Made by a program: the position numbers and the translations under genes
In this document: piece after piece, positions 37,236 to 46,351 of the stretch
Layout: each line of letters opens with the position of its first letter
How positions within the stretch are numbered: the stretch's first letter is position 1
IMG/VR virus record: IMGVR_UViG_3300021425_002620
Direction: 5' to 3' (one strand)
From: a virus
Taxonomy: Duplodnaviria > Caudoviricetes
Length of the DNA stretch: 64,000 nucleotides
The notes under the pieces: model-generated
What the model was told of the DNA's origin: nothing
Databases searched by the model: none
The model's input: the letters and a program-made list of their open reading frames with translations, nothing else

Positions 37236-38271
37236 TAATTACAGTATGTATTTTATAATCTAATTCTTGATTAAATTCTAATAGATGATATGTTTTAGTA
37301 TTTGCATGATACCCTATTACTTTTAGTAAATGATTGTGTATAATAGGTCTTCCTAATATATATTCTTTTAAGTATAATTCTTTAACTACAGTTCCGTGTA
37401 CATTAATTTTTAAAATAGGACAATTAGTTGTTCCAACAGGTATGAATACAGCATGTGTATTATATCGTATACCTGATTTAAATTGGTACTTGTTATCAAA
37501 TTCAAGTCCTATATCAAAGTTAGTAGACTGTTTGGTTGTAGTATCAAATATTAATCCCCAATTACCATTGTATGGAGCTGCTATAATTTTGTCATGTATC
37601 AAAACACCGCAATTATATTTTTTAGCAAAATCTTTGCACTGAGTTTTGTACACTTTCATTTCTTTTGTTTCGGTATTAAACTCTATAACTTCATTTAGAC
37701 CTGCGGTTTCTCCAAATGGTAATGCGTACAATGTATTACCTACAACAATAATGTCACTATACTTTTGCGTTATAGAATTATTGATTCCTGCTATTGGGTA
37801 ACTGTTAATTTTTTTGCCGTCAAATTCTAATAATAAATTATAATTAGAATCGTTACTGTATGGCATACTCCAGTAACTACCGTTACAATAAACAGTACCT
37901 ATATGTAAGTTTGTCCCTTGTATAGGCATTTTAATAAATTCAACATCATTGTTAAGACATAATGCAAATTTGCTACCAAAGCTAAATGCTGTTTCATTAT
38001 TAGATGCTAGACTATAATATTGACTACTGTCTGTGTCTATGCTGTAATATTTAGGTTTGTAGTTTTTAATTTGTATAACAGAATTATGTGTAACTAACCA
38101 TATATCGTTTTTAACAACTTTGCATACATTTATTTTGCTTATTTTATCTAATGCTATATTTCTATTTTTATTTAAAATTTTAAATTTAGGCTTGTCTGCA
38201 AGTATTGAAACCAAGTCGTTCTTGTATTGACAGGCAATCGAATCTAAGTAATTTGGCTCTATATGCGGCAT
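37213..38271 (-). CDS. Beta-propeller (kelch-like) repeat protein
   Basis: Recurring units YWSMPYS, LYALPFG, IIAAPYNG, AVFIPVG with xxFD/FN turns. ATG 38271 is preferred over TTG 38286 (late box 5 nt upstream). Confidence 0.5.
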   Translation of the reverse strand: MPHIEPNYLDSIACQYKNDLVSILADKPKFKILNKNRNIALDKISKINVCKVVKNDIWLVTHNSVIQIKNYKPKYYSIDTDSSQYYSLASNNETAFSFGSKFALCLNNDVEFIKMPIQGTNLHIGTVYCNGSYWSMPYSNDSNYNLLLEFDGKKINSYPIAGINNSITQKYSDIIVVGNTLYALPFGETAGLNEVIEFNTETKEMKVYKTQCKDFAKKYNCGVLIHDKIIAAPYNGNWGLIFDTTTKQSTNFDIGLEFDNKYQFKSGIRYNTHAVFIPVGTTNCPILKINVHGTVVKELYLKEYILGRPIIHNHLLKVIGYHANTKTYHLLEFNQELDYKIHTVITNETYDL

Positions 38272-38276
38272 AAGTA

Positions 38277-38282
38277 TATTTA
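38277..38282 (-). promoter_or_regulatory. Late-type box TAAATA, 5 nt before ATG 38271
   Basis: Minus strand reads TTAAATA-TACTT-ATG. Confidence 0.5.
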
Positions 38283-38323
38283 ACAACTGTTATTATACAA
38301 AATAGAAGATATGAAAACTTAAC

Positions 38324-39391
38324 ATGTTTACGTTTAATCAACTAGAAAACATACATTTAGAAATTACAAATCGGTGTCAAGCAAGCTGTCCTATGTGCAG
38401 CAGAAATGTTCACGGCGGTTTAGAAAACCCCTTAATTAAAAATCAAGACTGGACAGTAGCAGACTTTAAAAATATTTTAAATAATGAAGTATTACATCAA
38501 CTAAAAGGATTTTATTTTTGTGGAAACTTTGGTGATCCAATTATTAACAACGATCTAATAGAAATGTGTCAATACAGCACAGATATTAATCCTAATTTAT
38601 ATATTAGAATACATACTAACGGCGGCGCAAGAAATACCGACTGGTGGAAAAGATTAGCAAAAGCGTTACCGCCAGCGCATAATGTTATTTTTGCAATTGA
38701 CGGATTAGCAGACACACATAGTTTATATCGAGTTGGGACTAATTTTCATAAAGTTTTAGAAAATGCAAAGGCATTTATTAGTGCAGGCGGAACAGCTGAA
38801 TGGGCGTTTATTAAATTTAAGCACAATGAACATCAACTAGAAGAAGCAGAAGCATTGGCAAAAACACACGGCTTTGCTAGATTTACATATAAAGATAGTG
38901 CAAGATTTGTTGCTACTAAAGAGTTTCCGGTATATGATGCAAAAGGCAACATAACACGTTATTTAGAACCCCCTACTGGAAGTAAAATTAATCTGATTAC
39001 TCAAGATGTAATTGATAATTATAAAGATATAGTGGACGCTAGTGAAATAGATTGTTACGTAAAACAAACAAAAGAAATTTACATAGATGCATATAAAAAA
39101 ATTATGCCTTGTTGTTTTTTAGCAAGTATTCCTTACAACTATGCTGCTGATAATGACACTACTAAATCTATTAGAATTGAAATTGAACAACAATATTTTA
39201 AACTAATAAAAGATTTAGGAAATACAAGTGCATTAGAAAATAGTATAAAATCAGTAATAAATTCTGTTGCTTGGCAAACAGTATGGCAAAAATATTGGGG
39301 CACAGAAAAATTAATTACATGTGCAAGGACATGTGGAGTTAATAAACTTAGTAAGCCTAAAGATCAGTTTATTGAGCATACCGAACTATAA
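38324..39391 (+). CDS. Radical SAM protein with C-terminal twitch-like domain
   Basis: CQASCPMC; FCGNFGDP; C-terminal IDC...IMPCC...CARTC. Confidence 0.85.
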   Translation: MFTFNQLENIHLEITNRCQASCPMCSRNVHGGLENPLIKNQDWTVADFKNILNNEVLHQLKGFYFCGNFGDPIINNDLIEMCQYSTDINPNLYIRIHTNGGARNTDWWKRLAKALPPAHNVIFAIDGLADTHSLYRVGTNFHKVLENAKAFISAGGTAEWAFIKFKHNEHQLEEAEALAKTHGFARFTYKDSARFVATKEFPVYDAKGNITRYLEPPTGSKINLITQDVIDNYKDIVDASEIDCYVKQTKEIYIDAYKKIMPCCFLASIPYNYAADNDTTKSIRIEIEQQYFKLIKDLGNTSALENSIKSVINSVAWQTVWQKYWGTEKLITCARTCGVNKLSKPKDQFIEHTEL

Positions 39392-39402
39392 AAAGGAAAA
39401 TA

Positions 39403-40794
39403 ATGTCTGACTTAAAAAAATATCAGTCTGAAATTGCAAAAGTAAGCGGTACCGATACGTTTTGTGTACTACCGTGGATACATTTTGCTACTAGACCTAA
39501 TGGTGATATGCGTTTATGTTGTAGTTCAAATGCAAGCGGCGCCGGAGGAGATCATACAATTGGTCTTGTTAAAATGGAAGACGGAAAACCAGCAAACTTT
39601 GGTAGAGAAACTCCGATGGAGGCATGGAATAACGAATATATGAAAAGTGTGCGTAGAACTATGCTGAATGGTGAAATTCCGGCTAGTTGTACAAAATGCT
39701 TTGAGGAAGAAAGTCAAGGTATTGTAAGCAAACGTATTTGGGAAACAGGTACATGGCATCGAGACGAAGATGCAGGAGTTGATATTCCCGAACTTATTCG
39801 TCAAACTAAAGAAGACGGTACTGTACCAGAAAATTTAAAATATTTAGATTTAAGATTAGGACATACATGCAATATTAAGTGTGTAATGTGCAGTCCTCAT
39901 GATAGTAGTAAGTGGGTTGCAGATCATAAAAAACTTATTCCTGTTTTACAAGACCCAGAAGTTAAAAGACAAATGCAATGGGAACGTAAAGACTTTAATA
40001 ATAAATGGCACGAAAAAGATTCATTTTGGGAAGAAATAAATGCACAAATTCCTAATCTAAGACAAGTATATTTTGCAGGCGGTGAGCCTTTAATGATTCG
40101 TGAACACAAACAGTTTATTGAAGAAATAGTACGTCAAGGATATCAAGACAAAATACTGTTACGATATAACTCGAACGGATTGTTAGTAGATGAAGATTTA
40201 ATTGAACTATGGAGTAAATTTAAGAAAGTTAAATTTGCTGTAAGCATGGATGCTAGTCATGAACGTGATGAATACATTCGTTATCCTACCGACTGGACAA
40301 CAGTTGAACGCACACTACATATGTTAGACAATACACCTGACAATATACAAACTAGCCTAGCAACTGCTATACAAATCTTTAACGTAAAACACTTGCCAGA
40401 CTTTATGAAGTGGAAATTAGAAAGCGGGTTTAAGAAATTAAACACAGGCACAGTACCAGGCGGCGTACAAATGGGCGGCGGTCTAGTCAATATGCATTTA
40501 TTATACATTCCTACGTTTTTAAGCATTCAAATTCTACCTAAAGAAGATAAGCAGGAAGTTAAAGAACGCTTTATGGACTTTAAAGACTGGCTGTGGAAAA
40601 ACTATAGACAGGATGATGATTATTGGAAACATAATCCTTACGGATGGAAGCGTTGGGAAGCAGTTATTAATCATATGAACGCACAAGACAATAGTCATTT
40701 ACTTTCTGGCTTTAAGGAGTATACAAATAAATTAGATGCAATCCGCGGACTTAGTGCAGCAAAAATATTCCCCGAGTTAGCACATTTATTATGA
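39403..40794 (+). CDS. Radical SAM protein with N-terminal twitch-like Cys domain
   Basis: FCVLPW...GDMRLCC...SCTKC; CNIKCVMC; FAGGEP. Confidence 0.85.
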   Translation: MSDLKKYQSEIAKVSGTDTFCVLPWIHFATRPNGDMRLCCSSNASGAGGDHTIGLVKMEDGKPANFGRETPMEAWNNEYMKSVRRTMLNGEIPASCTKCFEEESQGIVSKRIWETGTWHRDEDAGVDIPELIRQTKEDGTVPENLKYLDLRLGHTCNIKCVMCSPHDSSKWVADHKKLIPVLQDPEVKRQMQWERKDFNNKWHEKDSFWEEINAQIPNLRQVYFAGGEPLMIREHKQFIEEIVRQGYQDKILLRYNSNGLLVDEDLIELWSKFKKVKFAVSMDASHERDEYIRYPTDWTTVERTLHMLDNTPDNIQTSLATAIQIFNVKHLPDFMKWKLESGFKKLNTGTVPGGVQMGGGLVNMHLLYIPTFLSIQILPKEDKQEVKERFMDFKDWLWKNYRQDDDYWKHNPYGWKRWEAVINHMNAQDNSHLLSGFKEYTNKLDAIRGLSAAKIFPELAHLL

Positions 40795-41771
40795 TTAAAG
40801 AAATTAGAAATAATCAAGACCCTAAAATGATACGTATTGAATACATGCCGGGAAACTTGTGCAATCATAAATGTCATTATTGTTTTCCAGGAAGTAACGA
40901 AGGTGATGCTCCTTGGCCAGATGTAGAATTAGTAAAAACAAATTTAAGTCACTTATTAAGGCATTATGAAAGTCAAGGTAAAACTAAAAGTAATCTTTAT
41001 ATTGTCGGAGGCGAACCTACTCTATGGAAGGGATTAGAAGATCTTTGCAAACATTTAAAAGATAATCATGATATTATTATAGAAATAAGCACAAACGGAA
41101 CACGCAAAATAAATTGGTGGAAAGAAAATGCTAGTAACTTTGATCATGTAACAGTAAGTGTACATAGAGAGTATGCTAACGTTGAACATTTAATAAATGT
41201 GTGTGATACTTTGTATGAAGCAGGAACATTCTTAAACGCTGATGTGTTAATGGATCCTGATGCATTTAATGTATGTACACAGATAGTAAAAGATTTACAT
41301 AATAGCAAGCATAATTGGCCCATAGTAGCAAAGGTTGTGCATTTTAACGGTGCTCATAGATATACAGATTTACAGTTAAGTTATTTTGATGAAACAATTA
41401 AGCGATATCCTAGCATAGAATGGTACACATCAACAACCAAAAAACCACTTACTAAAATAGATATAGTCAAAGATAATGACGAAATAATAACAGTTGACAA
41501 CGACAGCTGGATTACAAGGAATAAATTAAATTATTTTTCTGGATGGGAATGTAGTTTAGGATTAGATATTTTAAAAATTTTTCCTAATGGCAGAATAACT
41601 GGAAATTGTCAGCAAAAACTATACGAAGACTATAATTTATATCAAAGTGATTTTGTTAAAAAATTTAATCCTAAAATTTCTCCTGTAATTTGTACAAAAT
41701 ATATATGCGGGTGTAACGGAGAAATATCTGCAAATAAAAGAAAGTTAGAAGATATTAATAAAATCAATTAA
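40791..41771 (+). CDS. Radical SAM protein with C-terminal Cys-rich tail
   Basis: CNHKCHYC; IVGGEP; WECSLG...GNC...CTKYICGC. Confidence 0.85.
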   Translation: MIKEIRNNQDPKMIRIEYMPGNLCNHKCHYCFPGSNEGDAPWPDVELVKTNLSHLLRHYESQGKTKSNLYIVGGEPTLWKGLEDLCKHLKDNHDIIIEISTNGTRKINWWKENASNFDHVTVSVHREYANVEHLINVCDTLYEAGTFLNADVLMDPDAFNVCTQIVKDLHNSKHNWPIVAKVVHFNGAHRYTDLQLSYFDETIKRYPSIEWYTSTTKKPLTKIDIVKDNDEIITVDNDSWITRNKLNYFSGWECSLGLDILKIFPNGRITGNCQQKLYEDYNLYQSDFVKKFNPKISPVICTKYICGCNGEISANKRKLEDINKIN

Positions 41772-42806
41772 GTCTTTTGCTTTTGGCACACACATTCCAC
41801 AACCGCATCTATCATTTGGACAAATAATAGGACCGCTTGCTACAGCAGTTTTAGCATACTCTAATATTTTATCAGGCTGTGTTAAACTGCCCAATGGTCC
41901 ACGCTTGCCTCCGTGCAATGCTTGACAAGTTTGATGATGATAAACTAATTTTAGATGTTGATCAATATGCATAAAATAATGATTTACTGAACAATGCCAA
42001 CCTTTAAAATGATTATCGACATGTGTTATTGGAATCCATTTGTTGTCAACTTTCCCCTCCATGCATCTTCCTCCACAACACCCTCGACCAACTGCTGACC
42101 CTTCGTTAGTAGATTTTACAGGTTTAGGTTGGCCAATATAATCAAAAAACCATTCTTGTTGTTCTTCGCTATAACTGTGACTAGTTCTACGCATTGAACC
42201 GTCAGTATCTATAAACCATCCGCTGCGTTCTATTGCGCCATCACCTATTGGTATTGGTTTATGTTTTACACCTAAGTCTTTTAACATGTAACATATACCC
42301 TGTACTTCTTCAAAGTAATCAACATGCATCATTACATTAACTTGTAGCCAAATTCCTGACTCGTGTAATCGTTTGATATTTTCTATCACGTGTGCTTTAG
42401 ATTTGGCGTTACCTTCTGCATGATAACTAACAGTCAATCCTTGGAAAAGATCTAAAATTTCTTTAGTACGTTTTGGATTCCACACGCCGTTAGTTGTTAA
42501 ACCTAAACTAAATGTAGGCTCGTTATCTTTAATGTGTCTTGCTAATTTCCAAAGTGCAGGATTAGCAGTAGGCTCACCACCTGTAAAATCAATATTTACA
42601 TTTTGATTAGCAGTGTTGTATATTTTAGTATATTCTTTGATAAATTCAAAAGTTTCAAATAGTTCTTCGTAAGAATGATAAGGACTATATGTATCGTGCC
42701 TAGAGATCTCACAGTATGTACAATCATAATTACATCGTCTGCCGGTGTCCCAGGTTACCATCATTTTTTCAGGATTAGGTAAATTAATTGCAGTTGTTTT
42801 TATCAT
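41745..42806 (-). CDS. Radical SAM protein with extended C-terminal Cys-rich tail
   Basis: CNYDCTYC; FTGGEP; GCCGGRC...WHCSVN...QTC...CPNDRCGCGMC. Confidence 0.85.
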   Translation of the reverse strand: MIKTTAINLPNPEKMMVTWDTGRRCNYDCTYCEISRHDTYSPYHSYEELFETFEFIKEYTKIYNTANQNVNIDFTGGEPTANPALWKLARHIKDNEPTFSLGLTTNGVWNPKRTKEILDLFQGLTVSYHAEGNAKSKAHVIENIKRLHESGIWLQVNVMMHVDYFEEVQGICYMLKDLGVKHKPIPIGDGAIERSGWFIDTDGSMRRTSHSYSEEQQEWFFDYIGQPKPVKSTNEGSAVGRGCCGGRCMEGKVDNKWIPITHVDNHFKGWHCSVNHYFMHIDQHLKLVYHHQTCQALHGGKRGPLGSLTQPDKILEYAKTAVASGPIICPNDRCGCGMCVPKAKDLIDFINIF

Positions 42807-43708
42807 TCTTTTACCTTAGTTAAAGGAATGTCGGCAGCACATGTACACCATTTGCGTGTACAAATAATAGGATCTTTTGGAACTTCAAAACTACCATTGT
42901 AAATATTACCTAAACTGCCGCCTACGCGACATGTAGCACGATGTACTTCTCCGTCCCAATTTATCATTAAACTTTCAAGACCTGCATTACAGCGCCATCC
43001 TTCGAACTGATTTTTATGTTCTTTGATAATATCATTAGCATGTATTAAGTGTTTGTTGTCAATTACACAGTTTTCTTTAGCAGTTGACTTTTGTTCTAGT
43101 ATCCATTTTAAATCATCTGCACTATATTTCAAATCGTCAAACCAATCACGATTATCTGCATCTGTCCAACGAATACGTCTTACTACATAAGGAATACTAT
43201 GGCTGTCAAATAACGTAGCTGCGTCCTTTACTTTTTTCATGTATTTGTGATGAGCCATTAGATTAATTTGAAAAGGTATGTTATAACCATCGTGTGTTTC
43301 GTTAAGATGTGCAAAATCTAAAATATTGTATAGTACGCGATCCCAATGATTGTCAAAATGTAAACTAAACACATAGTGATTGACTGGTAATCTTAAATAC
43401 AATTTATTAGGAAGTGTTCCGTTAGTTGTAATGTTAATCCAGTCCAAACGCTGACTAGCATGATTAACAATTTCTTCAATTTGAGGATGTACACAAGGTT
43501 CACCGCCTGTAAAACTCAACCGTATAGGTTTGCCTATTTCAGCTAATGCATCTATAGTGTTTAGCATTACTTTAACGTTAGTATGTGGACTAAAATTATC
43601 GTGTATTTCAGCAGGACAGTAACTACAATCTAAATTGCATCTTTTACCAATATTCCATTCTACTTTAATAGAGTCTTGATGCGGCCATCTTGAAGTTACA
43701 TTATACAT
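42803..43708 (-). CDS. Radical SAM protein with C-terminal Cys-rich tail
   Basis: CNLDCSYC; FTGGEP; WRCNAG...RATC...CTRKWCTC. ATG 43708 overlaps the upstream stop and is preferred over the longer ORF call. Confidence 0.85.
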   Translation of the reverse strand: MYNVTSRWPHQDSIKVEWNIGKRCNLDCSYCPAEIHDNFSPHTNVKVMLNTIDALAEIGKPIRLSFTGGEPCVHPQIEEIVNHASQRLDWINITTNGTLPNKLYLRLPVNHYVFSLHFDNHWDRVLYNILDFAHLNETHDGYNIPFQINLMAHHKYMKKVKDAATLFDSHSIPYVVRRIRWTDADNRDWFDDLKYSADDLKWILEQKSTAKENCVIDNKHLIHANDIIKEHKNQFEGWRCNAGLESLMINWDGEVHRATCRVGGSLGNIYNGSFEVPKDPIICTRKWCTCAADIPLTKVKE

Positions 43709-44972
43709 AAGGAGTAAACTCTGGATTTGTAGAAAGAAAGTCTTGGTCTCTAGTAACATCGAGTCTACGATTAAATTCTATACAATCTTTCCAATGTGTA
43801 TTATACATACACTTTGCTTGTAAAAAATTAATATTATCTTGTATTTGTTGTAGTGTTACAGTTTTTAATAAATCATGTTGTTGTACTAGAGGATAGTTTA
43901 ACACCTCGGTTTTCATTTGCTCTAAACGTTTTACTATTTGCTTCTTTAATGCAGGCGGCAATACTTGCGCCGATAATGACATAGGATAGTTAACACGATG
44001 CGAATAAAACACAATACCCATAGTGTTAATAAAGTAGTCAATTACCCGATCAATCTGCATAATGTTGTTTGCTTGTACAGTAAATGCACCAACTACGCGA
44101 CTTACATTAGGAAAACTTTGAAATACTTTTACATTTTTTTCTACTTCTTCAAACTTGCCATTGCCTCTAATGTACTCATATACATCGTGTATGCCGTCTA
44201 TGCTTACGTTTACAGCAATGCTTTTAAACTTAGGCCAATAGTCGTGTATAGTGCGTCCGCCTTTTATACCTAGTGTAGTGCCGTTTGTAGCATACTTTAG
44301 TTCTATGTTTTTACCATACTCTGCAAGTCTATCTAGTATCTTGTAATGATATGGATCCATCAGAGGCTCACCGCCTGCAAACTCTACACGTCTAAAATAC
44401 GGTAAAAGTTTTTCAAAACTTGACCACCAATTATCACTATTGTCAAATGGTCCAATATATTGTCCTGGTTTGTTTACTAGTGCATCTACTGTAGGAATAA
44501 GGTAGTTGTTTTCTTTTTTATAAAACTCTGTAACTTGGTCCCAGTCTTTCCAGCTAGTACTATCTAGTGGGTTACACATACGACATTTTAAATTACACAA
44601 GTTGTTTAGTTTAATTTCCATTGTAGGAAGCTCAAAAGGCATGCTGTAATCGTCGTCTAAAGCGTCTAATGCATCAGGGTATAAGTTGACCCTAGCTTCT
44701 GGTATTACCCCTGCTGTATGACGCTGTCGTAAGCTCTGTACACCCTGATCTTCGAGGTCAAAGCACGGTTTACATACATCTGGACGCTCGTCATTTAGTA
44801 CTTGACGGCGTACTTCGCGCATAGCATCGCCATTCCAAACTTCTTCTAAACTCTCGTTTTGAATCCAGCCAATAGGTTGGCTACGGCAACAAACTTTAAT
44901 TGCACCATCTTCTCGTGTTGCTAATCCAGTAAATGGATGCATACAAAATGTACAACTATTTGACTTTGCCAA
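43701..44972 (-). CDS. Radical SAM protein with N-terminal twitch-like Cys domain
   Basis: FCMHPF...GAIKVCC...VCKPC; CNLKCRMC; FAGGEP. Confidence 0.85.
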   Translation of the reverse strand: MAKSNSCTFCMHPFTGLATREDGAIKVCCRSQPIGWIQNESLEEVWNGDAMREVRRQVLNDERPDVCKPCFDLEDQGVQSLRQRHTAGVIPEARVNLYPDALDALDDDYSMPFELPTMEIKLNNLCNLKCRMCNPLDSTSWKDWDQVTEFYKKENNYLIPTVDALVNKPGQYIGPFDNSDNWWSSFEKLLPYFRRVEFAGGEPLMDPYHYKILDRLAEYGKNIELKYATNGTTLGIKGGRTIHDYWPKFKSIAVNVSIDGIHDVYEYIRGNGKFEEVEKNVKVFQSFPNVSRVVGAFTVQANNIMQIDRVIDYFINTMGIVFYSHRVNYPMSLSAQVLPPALKKQIVKRLEQMKTEVLNYPLVQQHDLLKTVTLQQIQDNINFLQAKCMYNTHWKDCIEFNRRLDVTRDQDFLSTNPEFTPYV

Positions 44973-45633
44973 AAGCCCACTCCCTTTCTAGACACCAAAA
45001 GCATTTCCCGCATATTGGAACAGAATCACCCGGTGTATATGTTTTATAATTCAAACCTTCAAATTCTCCTTCGCAACTACGAGTAATATCTAATAAGTCT
45101 AGAATATCGTGTTTGTAATATTGTTTGATAATCCAGTCTTTCTTAGTATACACGAAAGGGTGACAAATGTCAATACCGTCGTGAATAAAATGTGGCTCAA
45201 TATGTCCTTCATCTCGTTCTTTTACTCTACCTTCAAACTTAACATCTGGATTTAAATTTACTCCACCGTACAATGCATTTAACTTATACTTGTGTGCAAT
45301 GTATTCGTTATGTGATCGCAATATAATTCTGTTACCTGGCTTCATTTTGCCATACTCATCTTGTATAAGATATTCAGTTGGCTCTTCTAGTTCTGGCGGC
45401 ACTAAATTTTTATGATGATAAAAGCAGTTGTCAAAGTTTTCTTTAAACCAAGCAACAACATTTTCAGAAATATGCTCTGCCCAAGGGCGAGTTTTCCACA
45501 TTCTTATCTGTGTATTAAAATGTATGTCAGCATTAGTTTGTGAACAAATTAAAAATGCAAGAAGGGCACTATCTGCGCCACCGCTAAGACTAATACCTAT
45601 ACGGTTCCACTCCTGGTTCAGATACAAGTTCAT
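44956..45633 (-). CDS. QueC-like PP-loop ATPase
   Basis: SLSGGADS PP-loop; PFVYTKK; TRSC...CGKCFWC four-Cys Zn-site pattern as in QueC. Confidence 0.7.
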   Translation of the reverse strand: MNLYLNQEWNRIGISLSGGADSALLAFLICSQTNADIHFNTQIRMWKTRPWAEHISENVVAWFKENFDNCFYHHKNLVPPELEEPTEYLIQDEYGKMKPGNRIILRSHNEYIAHKYKLNALYGGVNLNPDVKFEGRVKERDEGHIEPHFIHDGIDICHPFVYTKKDWIIKQYYKHDILDLLDITRSCEGEFEGLNYKTYTPGDSVPICGKCFWCLEREWAFGKVK

Positions 45634-45638
45634 GCAAA

Positions 45639-45645
45639 TATTTAT
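45639..45645 (-). promoter_or_regulatory. Late-type box ATAAATA, 5 nt before ATG 45633
   Basis: Minus strand reads ATAAATA-TTTGC-ATG, with no SD. Confidence 0.65.
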
Positions 45646-45688
45646 GTACTAAATATTACATTATACACATTATTGGCAAAGGGCTAGT

Positions 45689-46351
45689 ATGCTACAAACA
45701 TTACCATATACAGTTGATTTAAAACTTCTTAAAGAGGCACAGTGTTCCATTCCTTCTGTAGATTCTAAACTAACAATTAATCAGCCAACAGGTAATTTTT
45801 TCTATGACCCTTGGGAGATTAAAGAAGAATTTAAAGGCACAGTTTGGGAGAAAATATTAAGTACATTACCTTTAGATCTTGGCGAAGCAAGAATTATTGT
45901 ACTTGGTAACGGAACAACTTATATGTCGCATACTGATATAGATGATAGATATCATCTAAGTCTTAAAGGACAATATTCTTTTTTAATTAGTATAGACGAT
46001 GAAAAAATGTATCCTACAGTTGCAGACGGACAATGGTACGAAATGAATACTGGTCTACGTCATGTAGCAGCAAATTTTGGATCGTATGAAAGAATTCAAC
46101 TTGTTATAAGAAAACTTTTAAATAATCCAACCTTAGAAAATTACACATCTGTAACAATTAAACCAATATGCAAAAATCCTAGATTTGAGTTTGACGATAT
46201 CGTTAGTCCGTGGCTAAACAAAATAAACAAACAACATGTAATGTCAAATTTTAAAATACTAAACGACGGCGTCAGTTTTAATTTAGATTCTAGTTTAGTT
46301 AATAAATTAGATTTTATTCCTACAGATAAATTTAAGGTAATAGTAGAATGA
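45689..46351 (+). CDS. 2OG-Fe(II)/Asp-Asn beta-hydroxylase-like oxygenase
   Basis: MSHTDID (HxD)...NTGLRHVAAN...RIQLV. Confidence 0.65.
   Translation: MLQTLPYTVDLKLLKEAQCSIPSVDSKLTINQPTGNFFYDPWEIKEEFKGTVWEKILSTLPLDLGEARIIVLGNGTTYMSHTDIDDRYHLSLKGQYSFLISIDDEKMYPTVADGQWYEMNTGLRHVAANFGSYERIQLVIRKLLNNPTLENYTSVTIKPICKNPRFEFDDIVSPWLNKINKQHVMSNFKILNDGVSFNLDSSLVNKLDFIPTDKFKVIVE

Noticed and set aside
44956-45633. Complete 7-deazaguanine DNA-modification locus
   Set aside because: Only a QueC-like gene is recognisable; there is no FolE, QueD or DpdA, and the radical SAM genes carry extra Cys domains unlike QueE.
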